From: Bacteroidaceae bacterium
GTDB taxonomy: Bacteria; Bacteroidota; Bacteroidia; Bacteroidales; Bacteroidaceae
Reading direction: 5' to 3'
Length of the DNA: 64,000 nt
Assembly (NCBI GenBank): GCA_024398595.1
Contig: JAKSIX010000001.1
Coordinates: 9,873-73,872, forward strand
A program made the translations under genes and the position numbers. Shown here one piece after another: positions 35,045 to 44,164 of this stretch. The notes under the pieces were generated by a model, which had not been told where the DNA came from, did no database searches, and was given only the letters and a program-made list of their open reading frames with translations. Numbering within the stretch: the stretch's first letter is position 1; every line of letters begins with the position of its first letter.

Positions 35045-38000
35045 TTACCACTCCATCTTGCTCATACGGATGTAAGAGGCATAACGCTTCTTGGCCATCT
35101 CTTCAGCCTTGTCGAAGAGCTCCTGAGCCTCGGCCGGGTACTGCTTCATTACGGAAGCGTAGCGGACTTCGCCCTTCAGGAATTCCTGGAACTTATCCCA
35201 CTGTGGCTCCTTTGAGTCAAGAGAGAACGGATTCTTGCCCTCTTCCTCTAAAGCCGGGTTATAACGCCACAGATGCCAGTAACCGCACTCGACTGCGGCA
35301 GCCTCCTCGGCCTGCGCCTTCCCCATACCCTTCTTCAGACCATGATTGATACACGGAGCGTAGGCAATTATGATGGACGGTCCAGGATAAGCCTCAGCCT
35401 CACGTATAGCCTTCAGACACTGTGCATTGTCGGCACCCATTGCAATCTGAGCGGCATAAACGTAACCGTATGTGGTGGCAATCATACCGAGATCCTTCTT
35501 GCGGACGCGCTTGCCGCTTGCAGCGAACTTGGCGATTGCGCCGAGAGGTGTTGACTTCGAAGCCTGACCGCCGGTATTTGAATATACCTCAGTATCAAGT
35601 ACAAGGATGTTGACATCCTCACCGCTTGCTATTACGTGGTCAAGACCGCCGTAACCTATATCGTACGATGCGCCGTCGCCACCTATAATCCACTGACTGC
35701 GTTTGATCAGATAATCCTTGCAGTCCAGAATCTGCTTGCAGGTATCGCAGCCGCATGCCTCGCAGCCGGCTATAATCTTCGGAGCAAGAGCCTTGGTAGC
35801 CTCTGCATCGTTTTTCTTCCCAATCCACTCGTTAAACAGAGCCTTCAGCTCATCTGAGCAGCAGGTGCAGCTCTGAGCCTCACCCATCAGACGCTCCAGA
35901 CGCATACGCATCTTGCGGTTTGCGAGCTGCATACCCATACCGTACTCACAGAAGTCCTCGAACAGTGAGTTTGCCCAGGCAGGACCGTGACCTTCCTCGT
36001 TCTTGGTATAAGGAGTGGAAGGAATCGAGCCGGAATAGATTGACGAACAGCCTGTAGCGTTCGATGCAATCTCGCGGTCGCCGAACAGCTGCGATATGAG
36101 TTTCAGATACGGAGTCTCACCGCAACCTGAACAGGCGCCTGAGAACTCGAACAGAGGAGTAGCGAACTGTGAGTTCTTCGCGCTCTGCTGTATGTCAATA
36201 AGGTTCTGCTTTGACTTGACATTCTTCACGCAGTATTCCCAGTTTGCAGCCTCTGCCTCCTGTCCCTCGAACGGAACCATTGTGAGGGCTGAGCCACCGA
36301 GTTTCGGATTGCCCGGACATACATCGGCACAGTTGCCGCAACCGAGACAGTCCATAACGCCCACCTGCATACGGAATCTCATGCCCTTGAATGCGGCCGG
36401 AGCCTTCATCTCAAGAGTCTCAGCCTTGAAGCCTGCAGCTTCCTTCTCGTCCATTACGAACGGACGGATACAAGCGTGAGGACAGACGTATGCGCACTTG
36501 TTGCACTGTATACACTTCTCCGGATCCCATACAGGTACGAATGCGCTTACACCGCGCTTCTCGTATGCGGCTGTACCTGATGGCCATGTACCGTCTATGC
36601 TCTCCTTGAATGCGCTTACCGGGAGCAGGTCACCGTTCTGGGCATTGATAGGACGAACCACTTCGTTGATGAATGCAGGGTCATCGTTTGCAGCGGCAGC
36701 CGGAGCCTCAAGTGAAGCCCAAGCCGGATCAACAGTCAGTTTCTTATATTCGTCACCGCGGTCTACAGCTGCATAGTTCTTGTTGACCACATCCTCACCC
36801 TTCTTGCCGTAGGACTTGACGATAAACTTCTTCATCTGCTCAATGGCAAGATCTACCGGGATAACTTCGGTGATACGGAAGAAAGCAGACTGCAGAATGG
36901 TGTTGGTACGGTTGCCCAGACCAATCTCCTGAGCAATCCTGGTGGCATTGATATAATATACAGTAATGTCGTTCTTCGCGAAATATGCCTTGACATTCGC
37001 AGGCAGGTTGGCTGCAAGCTCCTCCTCGTTCCAGATGGTGTTCAGCAGGAATGTACCGCCTTTCTGGAGTCCGCGTGTGACATCGTACATCTTCAGGTAT
37101 GCCTGAACGTGGCAAGCCACGAAATTCGGGGTATTGACCAGATATGTGGAGCGTATAGGGCTGTCGCCAAAACGCAGGTGTGAGCAGGTGAAACCGCCCG
37201 ACTTCTTTGAATCGTAGCTGAAGTAGGCCTGGCAGTGCTTGTCGGTGTTGTCACCGATAATCTTGACAGAGTTCTTGTTTGCACCTACTGTACCGTCAGC
37301 ACCAAGTCCGTAGAACTTTGCCTCGAACATTCCCTTGCCACCGAGAGCGATTTCCTCGCCCTGTGGCAGAGAGGTGAATGTGACATCGTCCTTGATACCC
37401 AATGTGAACTGATTCTTGGGCTGTGCCAATGACAGATTAGCATAGACAGCCAGAATCTGGGCTGGAGTGGTGTCGTGTGAGCCGAGACCGTAACGGCCGC
37501 CCACGATGACAGGGTTGATGGCCTTCAGCTCTGTGCTCTGCGCGAATGCCTCGACAACATCCAGATACAGAGGCTCGCCATTTGCGCCCGGTTCCTTGGT
37601 ACGGTCAAGTACAGCAATACGCTTCACTGTCTTGGGCAGTACGGCACTCAGATACTTGACTGAGAACGGACGATACAGATGGACTGCCACGATACCGACT
37701 TTCTCACCCTTCTCTGTCAGATAGTCGATAACCTCCTTGGCAGCCTCGGTGACTGTACCCATAGCTATAATCACACGCTCCGCGTCCTCTGCACCGTAAT
37801 ATGTGAAAGGCTTGTACTCGCGGCCTGTAATCTTGCTGATTTCCTTCATATAGTCAGCGACAATGTCAGGAACAGCCTCATAATACTTGTTGCATACCTC
37901 ACGGTGTGTGAAGAATGTATCGGGGTTCTCAGCCATACCGCGCATTACCGGATTGTTCGGATTGAGGGCACGCTCACGGAACTCCTTCAGAGCCTGCCGG

Positions 38001-38587
38001 TCAATGAGACCTGCCAGATCCTCATTCTCAAGAGCCTCAATCTTCTGAATCTCGTGCGATGTACGGAAACCGTCAAAGAAGTTCACAAACGGAACTCTTG
38101 ACTTGATTGCTGACAGATGAGCGACACCGGCCAAATCCATAACTTCCTGGACAGAGCCCTCGCACAACATTGCAAACCCTGTCTGACGGCAGGCCATCAC
38201 ATCCTGATGGTCACCGAAGATGCAGAGTGAATGTGATGCAAGCGTACGTGCTGATACGTGGAATACGCAAGGAAGCAGCTCACCTGCTATCTTGTACATA
38301 TTCGGAATCATCAGCAGGAGTCCCTGCGATGCGGTGAATGTGGTGGTCAGTGCACCTGCCTGCAGAGAGCCGTGCACGGCACCTGCGGCACCGCCCTCGG
38401 ACTGCATCTCCTGTACCATTACGGTCTCACCGAAGATGTTCTTGCGGCCCTGGGCTGCCCACTCGTCAACATACTCTGCCATCGTTGAGGACGGCGTGAT
38501 AGGATAGATGGCGGCGACCTCCGAGAACATGTATGCTACATGAGCGGCGGCCTGATTACCATCACAAGTCAAAAATTTCTTTGCCAT
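35045..38587 (-). CDS. nifJ: Pyruvate:ferredoxin (flavodoxin) oxidoreductase
   Basis: 1180 aa. Ferredoxin-type clusters CIQCNKCAYVCPHACIRP and CLGCGNCADVCP. TPP-binding GGDGASYDIGYGGLDH. N-terminus MAKKFLTCDGNQAAAHVAY is typical of PFOR. Confidence 0.95.
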   Translation of the reverse strand: MAKKFLTCDGNQAAAHVAYMFSEVAAIYPITPSSTMAEYVDEWAAQGRKNIFGETVMVQEMQSEGGAAGAVHGSLQAGALTTTFTASQGLLLMIPNMYKIAGELLPCVFHVSARTLASHSLCIFGDHQDVMACRQTGFAMLCEGSVQEVMDLAGVAHLSAIKSRVPFVNFFDGFRTSHEIQKIEALENEDLAGLIDRQALKEFRERALNPNNPVMRGMAENPDTFFTHREVCNKYYEAVPDIVADYMKEISKITGREYKPFTYYGAEDAERVIIAMGTVTEAAKEVIDYLTEKGEKVGIVAVHLYRPFSVKYLSAVLPKTVKRIAVLDRTKEPGANGEPLYLDVVEAFAQSTELKAINPVIVGGRYGLGSHDTTPAQILAVYANLSLAQPKNQFTLGIKDDVTFTSLPQGEEIALGGKGMFEAKFYGLGADGTVGANKNSVKIIGDNTDKHCQAYFSYDSKKSGGFTCSHLRFGDSPIRSTYLVNTPNFVACHVQAYLKMYDVTRGLQKGGTFLLNTIWNEEELAANLPANVKAYFAKNDITVYYINATRIAQEIGLGNRTNTILQSAFFRITEVIPVDLAIEQMKKFIVKSYGKKGEDVVNKNYAAVDRGDEYKKLTVDPAWASLEAPAAAANDDPAFINEVVRPINAQNGDLLPVSAFKESIDGTWPSGTAAYEKRGVSAFVPVWDPEKCIQCNKCAYVCPHACIRPFVMDEKEAAGFKAETLEMKAPAAFKGMRFRMQVGVMDCLGCGNCADVCPGNPKLGGSALTMVPFEGQEAEAANWEYCVKNVKSKQNLIDIQQSAKNSQFATPLFEFSGACSGCGETPYLKLISQLFGDREIASNATGCSSIYSGSIPSTPYTKNEEGHGPAWANSLFEDFCEYGMGMQLANRKMRMRLERLMGEAQSCTCCSDELKALFNEWIGKKNDAEATKALAPKIIAGCEACGCDTCKQILDCKDYLIKRSQWIIGGDGASYDIGYGGLDHVIASGEDVNILVLDTEVYSNTGGQASKSTPLGAIAKFAASGKRVRKKDLGMIATTYGYVYAAQIAMGADNAQCLKAIREAEAYPGPSIIIAYAPCINHGLKKGMGKAQAEEAAAVECGYWHLWRYNPALEEEGKNPFSLDSKEPQWDKFQEFLKGEVRYASVMKQYPAEAQELFDKAEEMAKKRYASYIRMSKMEW

Positions 38588-38914
38588 AACCCGTTTTTAT
38601 ATTGTTATAATTCCAATTCTATGTTTCGCACGCTTCTGACACATTGTTCACCCGAAGCAGGATGGATATACGTGCTTAATCTGCAAAATTAACGAAAAAT
38701 GCGGGACAATGCCAAACGGGAATTGCAAAAACGCCATCGGCCGAACGAAATTTAACACCAATCAAGAAAGCCGGAGACAGCATAGATTATTTTGTGAATC
38801 TATTACAATTATGGATTAATGCCAAGCATCCGTCTGTTTTTCCGCAATTTATGGAACTGTTGCCAAGTTGTCATGAGAAATATTCAATATTTGTGTATAT
38901 TTTGTAATTCCGTA

Positions 38915-39078
38915 GAATCTGTTTGAATTTGTTCAATTAAAAATTTTATGAAGGATTTTCGAGATGGAAATCCGTTTGTTTGAAGGAGTGATGGGGTTCC
39001 ATCATGACTGAAAAGAAACGGATTTTTCAGCCGGAAAGACTTTATAAAAGATTAATTGGAACATTTCAAAACAGATTC
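38915..39078 (+). repeat. Long-hairpin intergenic element, copy 3
   Basis: Same core as copies 1 and 2. Arms GAATCTGTTTGAATTTGTTCAATTAA / TTAATTGGAACATTTCAAAACAGATTC. Left flank GTA, right flank TAA. Sits in the divergent nifJ / purN intergenic region. Confidence 0.9.
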
Positions 39079-39086
39079 TAACTTTG
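39079..39086 (+). promoter_or_regulatory. Candidate -7 box (TAnnTTTG) for purN, formed at the element/flank junction
   Basis: TAACTTTG: the TAA is the element's right flank. It lies 29 nt upstream of the ATG at 39115. Confidence 0.4.
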
Positions 39087-39114
39087 CCAATGGAAACAGA
39101 ACTCACGAAAGATA

Positions 39115-39786
39115 ATGATAAGACTTGCAATACTGGCATCCGGCAACGGGACTAACGCGGAGGCGATTCTTGAGGCAGTGCGTGACGGCAGACTTGATGC
39201 TGATGTCCGTGTGATACTGACCAACAGGCCTGAGGCCGGAGTGATAGAACGCGCCCGCAGATGGAGCATTCCCGTGGAGACAGTACCGTCAAAAGGTCAC
39301 AAAGACCGTGCGGAATACGACAGTCTGGTCGTTGGGGCTCTGTCGCATTACAACGTGGATACAATAGCGTTGGCCGGCTGGATGAGAATACTGAGCCAGG
39401 TCTTTTTAGATGCTTTTCCAAACCGTATAATAAACCTGCATCCCGCAATTCTCCCGAGTTTCAAAGGCGGGGCAGGCATAAAGGACGCGTATGAGTACGG
39501 AGTGCGGATTTCCGGCTGTTCTGTACATCTGGTATGTCCCGAACTGGACAATGGCCCGCTGATTATACAGGCGGCCGTACCTGTACGCGGAACACTTGAT
39601 GAGTTTGAGGCACAGATACACCGCATTGAGCACCGCATATTGCCCCAGGCACTCCAATGGTTCAGTGAGGGCCGCATAACAACAGACGGTAGGAAAGTCA
39701 TTGTTGCAGAGCCGACACACCCGGTACGCAGGACAGATTACATTGAGGGTTGTCTGGTATCGCCTGCCCTTGAAGACAGAATCTGA
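39115..39786 (+). CDS. purN: Phosphoribosylglycinamide formyltransferase
   Basis: Motifs LAILASGNGTNAEAIL, NLHPAILPSFKGG and SGCSVHLVCPELDNGP. Confidence 0.9.
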   Translation: MIRLAILASGNGTNAEAILEAVRDGRLDADVRVILTNRPEAGVIERARRWSIPVETVPSKGHKDRAEYDSLVVGALSHYNVDTIALAGWMRILSQVFLDAFPNRIINLHPAILPSFKGGAGIKDAYEYGVRISGCSVHLVCPELDNGPLIIQAAVPVRGTLDEFEAQIHRIEHRILPQALQWFSEGRITTDGRKVIVAEPTHPVRRTDYIEGCLVSPALEDRI

Positions 39787-41208
39787 CTAATCCTTAGGAT
39801 GCTGTTTGAAGTAATACCAGTGCCAGCGCCAGAACAGTACAAGGAAGTCTACCGTTATCAGGGCTGTTATTGGATATGCCAGTCTGATTGGCACATTAAA
39901 GCCTTCGGGAGCAATCTGTATGTATGTTATGGTGACGAACGACATAAACACGGCAGGAATCAGCGTCATAAGGAAGTTCTTCCGATGTTTTGCCAGATAT
40001 ACGGACAAAGCCCAGAAAGTGAATACCGAGAGTACCTGATTGCACCAGGCAAAGTATCGCCACATTATAGAGAATCCGTCCGGATTTGTCAGACTGAAAA
40101 ACAGAAGTCCGAGTGCTACCGCAAACAGGGGTATCGTAATCATCAGACGGTGGTGAATCTCCTTCTGACTGAACTTGAATGAATCGGCTACAATCAGACG
40201 GGCAGAGCGCAGGGCGGTATCGCCTGTCGATATAGGAGCTGCCACGATTCCGAGTATGGCTATGATTCCGCCGAAGTTGCCAAGCATCTCCTTAGAAATA
40301 TTCATTGCTACGTCTGCCGCAGTCTCTCCGGTTCCGTGATTCTGGAAATACGCTGTCGAGGCAGCAGCCCAGATCAGGGCAACTATACCTTCACTCACCA
40401 TAGAGCCATAGAATACGAAACGTCCGTTTTTCTCACTACGGATACAACGTGCCATCAATGGAGACTGGGTAGCGTGGAATCCGCTCACTGCACCGCAGGC
40501 TATCGACACGAACATCATCGGGAATATCGGCGACTTCTCATAGCGTGTGCCGAATCCGTTCCACATTTCAGGCAGTTCAGGCCGCGATACATACAGTGAT
40601 ATGAGTATGCCGAAAGCCATAAACAGCAGGGCGGCCCCCATAAACGGATACAGATGCCCTATTATCTTGTCAATCGGGAACAGGGTGGCTACCAGATAAT
40701 ACGCGAAAATCACCAACATCCAGAAATTGACATTCAGCGATGACGGCGTAAGACCCGCCAGCAATGCCGCAGGCTGTGACGCGAACACGCAGCACACCAT
40801 AATCATAAGTACGATGAGGAAAATGGTGAATATTTTCTTCACCACATCGCCCAGATAGCGGCCTACCAGTTCGGACAGGCTCTCACCGCCGTGACGCAGC
40901 GAAACCATACCGGAAAGATAGTCGTGGACTGCACCTCCGAAAATCGTTCCTAAGACAATCCACAGATATGATGCCGTTCCGAACTTCGCACCCATGATGG
41001 CACCGAATATCGGTCCGAGTCCGGCAATGTTCAGGAATTGTATCATATAGGCCTTCCAGGTAGGAAGTTCCATGTAATCAACTCCGTCGGCCATCGATTT
41101 GGATGGCACAGTACGCGAGGCGTCAGCCCCGAAATGACGTTCCACTATACGTCCATAAACGACGTATCCTAAAATCAGAAACAGAAGCGCTATTGAAAAA
41201 GTAATCAT
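39787..41208 (-). CDS. cstA: Carbon starvation protein A (CstA/BtsT-type peptide/pyruvate transporter)
   Basis: 473-aa polytopic membrane protein. Motif FLNIAGLGPIFGAIMGAKFG and overall CstA-like N-terminus. Its stop abuts the purN stop. Confidence 0.88.
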   Translation of the reverse strand: MITFSIALLFLILGYVVYGRIVERHFGADASRTVPSKSMADGVDYMELPTWKAYMIQFLNIAGLGPIFGAIMGAKFGTASYLWIVLGTIFGGAVHDYLSGMVSLRHGGESLSELVGRYLGDVVKKIFTIFLIVLMIMVCCVFASQPAALLAGLTPSSLNVNFWMLVIFAYYLVATLFPIDKIIGHLYPFMGAALLFMAFGILISLYVSRPELPEMWNGFGTRYEKSPIFPMMFVSIACGAVSGFHATQSPLMARCIRSEKNGRFVFYGSMVSEGIVALIWAAASTAYFQNHGTGETAADVAMNISKEMLGNFGGIIAILGIVAAPISTGDTALRSARLIVADSFKFSQKEIHHRLMITIPLFAVALGLLFFSLTNPDGFSIMWRYFAWCNQVLSVFTFWALSVYLAKHRKNFLMTLIPAVFMSFVTITYIQIAPEGFNVPIRLAYPITALITVDFLVLFWRWHWYYFKQHPKD

Positions 41209-41217
41209 ACTTCCATT

Positions 41218-44163
41218 TTATTTGATTAATGCCTTATGTCCAAGTCCATCTATACATATATCTATATCACGTTCAAACCTGACGTGCCTTATGAACTCAG
41301 TTTCCCCGACCGCAGGCATCGCCTCCAACGCATCGTAATCGAACACGCAATTGTTTCCGCGATACGGGTCAAGATCAATGTATCCGGCGTTGAAAGATGT
41401 CAGGTTCTGGAAGAAATGGGTACCCTGACTCGGATCCACGCGGAAATTTTCCAGACTACATTCCACAATCACCTTCGCTTCGGATATATCGCTCCATTGC
41501 ACAGGAACGCCGAGAGACGGTATGCTTGAGCCCCAGCGGCCATATCCTATCAGCACATAATTGGCGTGGGCATCCCGCATCTGCCGGTTAATGGCCGTAA
41601 GTTCAGATGCCATCTGAGTGGTCTTTGTAACATCAAATCTGTCACGTTTCAGATAGACTATGTCACGCACTCCCTTTATCCATCCCGTACCCAACGCACT
41701 TTCAGAATATATCAGCGCACCGTCACAGTCAATCCCGTTCCAGTCAACATCCGCATTACGGCTGTCAACAGATATCGGACGTATCTGCAGCACATTGAAT
41801 ATGGCAGGAAGGCCATCTTCCCTGTCCATATTGGCCGCAAACTCTATCTCCACACCACATTTCATTTCCTTCTGGGCAACATCCAGGAGTTCGGACACTA
41901 TTTCAGCAAGAGGGAATGTGTTGTATTTCAATATCTGGGCGAAAGTCACGTATTTTGGACCTTCCGGAACGGCAGAATCTACAACACGCATATTCTCATT
42001 GTCCCACGTGGATACAACGTGCTTAAGGTTACGGAAGCCTGTGCACGAAGATATCGGTATGCGTTCCAGATTGACAGCATCGTCAACGGAGGTCTTGAAC
42101 TTCTCAGGCTGCAGATTAAGCGCAAACATAGAGCGCTGGGTCTCTGTCATGACCTGTTCCGTGGTGGATGTCTGCAGTACGTGCTTAGGATACTTCGGAG
42201 AGAACCTCAGCACCTGATCGCCGTCAACCACAGCCTTGCCCAGACCGAACGCCACCTTGACGATGCCGTCCTCGGCCTTTTCGTGCCCTATCGGATAGAA
42301 ATTGACCGAACGCGCCACACCGGAGAACGTCGGGAAATAATAGTCTCCGTCACGCGAGCCGCAAACTTCCTGCAGTATAATGCCCATTTTCTCCTCAGAT
42401 ATGACATTGGCCGTAGCGGCTATGTAGCCACGCGATGCGGCAAAATATATTGACGCATAGACGCTCTTGATGGCTTTGCTCAGCAGACGCAGCATCTGGT
42501 CCTCGTTCTCCGTACGCGGAATCATATACGTTGAATACACCCCGGCAAACGGCTGATAGTACGAATCCTCCAGTTTCGACGATGAGCGTACTGCAATCGG
42601 TCTGTGCATGCTGTGTATGAATACTTTCAGCGCTTCGGTCAAATCAGACGGCAATGTCGATGCGACAAATTCCGAAAGAATCTCCGTATCCGAGATATCC
42701 GCATTTATCACATACTGCAGACCGTTCTCTATGATGAACCTGTCAAAATAATCAGTCGTAATGACCAGCGTTCGCGGCACCATTATCCTGACGTGCTCCC
42801 ACTTCTTGTAGAAGTCGTACTTCAACAGCACGTGGTTCACGAATGCCAGTCCACGGGCCTTTCCTCCGAGTGATCCGTCACCTATTTTCGAGAATCTGAT
42901 GGCATCGTTGTAGCTGTCCTTATTGAAACGCGCCACCACTCCTACTGCCTGCGATATGCGGAAATCCTTTATAGCCTTAATATTTATACGGCGTATCTCG
43001 GGTATGTCCGATGTATCACGTATCGTCAATGGGCGGAGGAATTTGCCGAGAGCGAAGATACCGCGTGCAAACAGCCAGCGCGATATGTAGTTCCGGTCTG
43101 AAAGATACCTGAAGGCCGGTTCGGAGATATTTGACATAATCTTCTCAAACCCGTACAGGTCGCTGGCACGCATAAGTTCCTCTCCCGTATCCGGATCTAT
43201 GACTACAAAATCGCCGAAACCGAACTCACGGCCTATGTATTCCGACAAATCGTGGGTAAGTGTCTTGGAAGTCTTGACCACGAATCCGACACCAAGTTTC
43301 TCAGCGACTTCACGCATACTTTCCTGCGATGACTGCAATATAAGCGGCATCGTAGGATTATCCTTCCGGATATAGTCGCACAACACTATTCCGGCATCAA
43401 GCCGTTCGCTCTCAGGCGGGTCATCACGGTGCATAACGAAACCGATGTCGGATATTATGCCAAGTATGTTGTTCCTGTAACGTTCATACAGTTCAAGAGC
43501 CTCATCGTAGCAGGTAGCCATCAGTATCTTAGGTCGCGAACGTTTTCTAAGAATCTGCTGCTTTTCGTTGAGAGCATCACGTATTGACTCGCTGTTCTGC
43601 TGCAGGACAAGCTTGTACAGCATCGGCAGGTACGTCGAATAATACCGCACGGAATCCTCTATCAGCAATATGGCACGGACACCGGACTCCAATATATCCT
43701 TATCCGCATTCATCTTGTCCTCGAGCATCTTGATGATAGTCACAATCAGGTCTGTCGAGTTGTTCCAACAGAAGAAATAATCTATTGCCGAAGAAGCGTG
43801 ATCCTGTACACGATTGTAAATCTCGCGGGAGAAAGTTGCCAGCAGTACTATAGGGGTATCCGGTGACAGCCGCTTCATCTGTACGGAAAAATCAAAGACA
43901 TCGACCTTGCCCACATTGTACATGGTGATGACCAGGTCATACGTCTCGCCGCAGTTCATAAGTTCCAGAGCCTCGGCAGTTGTCTCCACACGATGGAATT
44001 CAGGAGGATTACTCAGATTCAGATCCGCATAATCCTGGGCGATACGGCTTTCTATACGACCGTCTTCCTCAAGCGTATAGCTGTCATAGTTATTGCAAAC
44101 CAGAAGAACCCGGCGGATTCTTCTGGTCATAAGTTGTGTGTAGTCCGGTTCGTCCCGCGTCAT
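41218..44163 (-). CDS. PEP/pyruvate-binding (PPDK_N ATP-grasp) domain protein with N-terminal receiver-like domains
   Basis: 981 aa. Central GDGSLGGKARGLAFVN and SVAVRSSSKLEDS-type motifs match the PEP-synthase/PPDK nucleotide-binding domain. I recognised no swivel-His or PEP-utiliser TIM-barrel motifs. The N-terminal ~300 aa have a CheY-like alternating pattern. Confidence 0.7.
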   Translation of the reverse strand: MTRDEPDYTQLMTRRIRRVLLVCNNYDSYTLEEDGRIESRIAQDYADLNLSNPPEFHRVETTAEALELMNCGETYDLVITMYNVGKVDVFDFSVQMKRLSPDTPIVLLATFSREIYNRVQDHASSAIDYFFCWNNSTDLIVTIIKMLEDKMNADKDILESGVRAILLIEDSVRYYSTYLPMLYKLVLQQNSESIRDALNEKQQILRKRSRPKILMATCYDEALELYERYRNNILGIISDIGFVMHRDDPPESERLDAGIVLCDYIRKDNPTMPLILQSSQESMREVAEKLGVGFVVKTSKTLTHDLSEYIGREFGFGDFVVIDPDTGEELMRASDLYGFEKIMSNISEPAFRYLSDRNYISRWLFARGIFALGKFLRPLTIRDTSDIPEIRRINIKAIKDFRISQAVGVVARFNKDSYNDAIRFSKIGDGSLGGKARGLAFVNHVLLKYDFYKKWEHVRIMVPRTLVITTDYFDRFIIENGLQYVINADISDTEILSEFVASTLPSDLTEALKVFIHSMHRPIAVRSSSKLEDSYYQPFAGVYSTYMIPRTENEDQMLRLLSKAIKSVYASIYFAASRGYIAATANVISEEKMGIILQEVCGSRDGDYYFPTFSGVARSVNFYPIGHEKAEDGIVKVAFGLGKAVVDGDQVLRFSPKYPKHVLQTSTTEQVMTETQRSMFALNLQPEKFKTSVDDAVNLERIPISSCTGFRNLKHVVSTWDNENMRVVDSAVPEGPKYVTFAQILKYNTFPLAEIVSELLDVAQKEMKCGVEIEFAANMDREDGLPAIFNVLQIRPISVDSRNADVDWNGIDCDGALIYSESALGTGWIKGVRDIVYLKRDRFDVTKTTQMASELTAINRQMRDAHANYVLIGYGRWGSSIPSLGVPVQWSDISEAKVIVECSLENFRVDPSQGTHFFQNLTSFNAGYIDLDPYRGNNCVFDYDALEAMPAVGETEFIRHVRFERDIDICIDGLGHKALIK

Positions 44164-44164
44164 A

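Noticed and set aside
38588-38911. Long (~325 bp) non-coding stretch upstream of nifJ, examined for a tRNA, riboswitch or small RNA
   Set aside because: I recognised no cloverleaf, no conserved riboswitch core and no convincing terminator hairpin. A possible minus-strand -7 box (CAAAATTA at 38684-38691) is too far from the ATG to call with confidence.
41566-42453. 295-aa plus-strand ORF inside the PEP/pyruvate-binding gene; the same applies to 10406-11203 inside susD and 15527-16048 inside the GHL10 gene
   Set aside because: These are all antisense shadow ORFs within confidently assigned genes.
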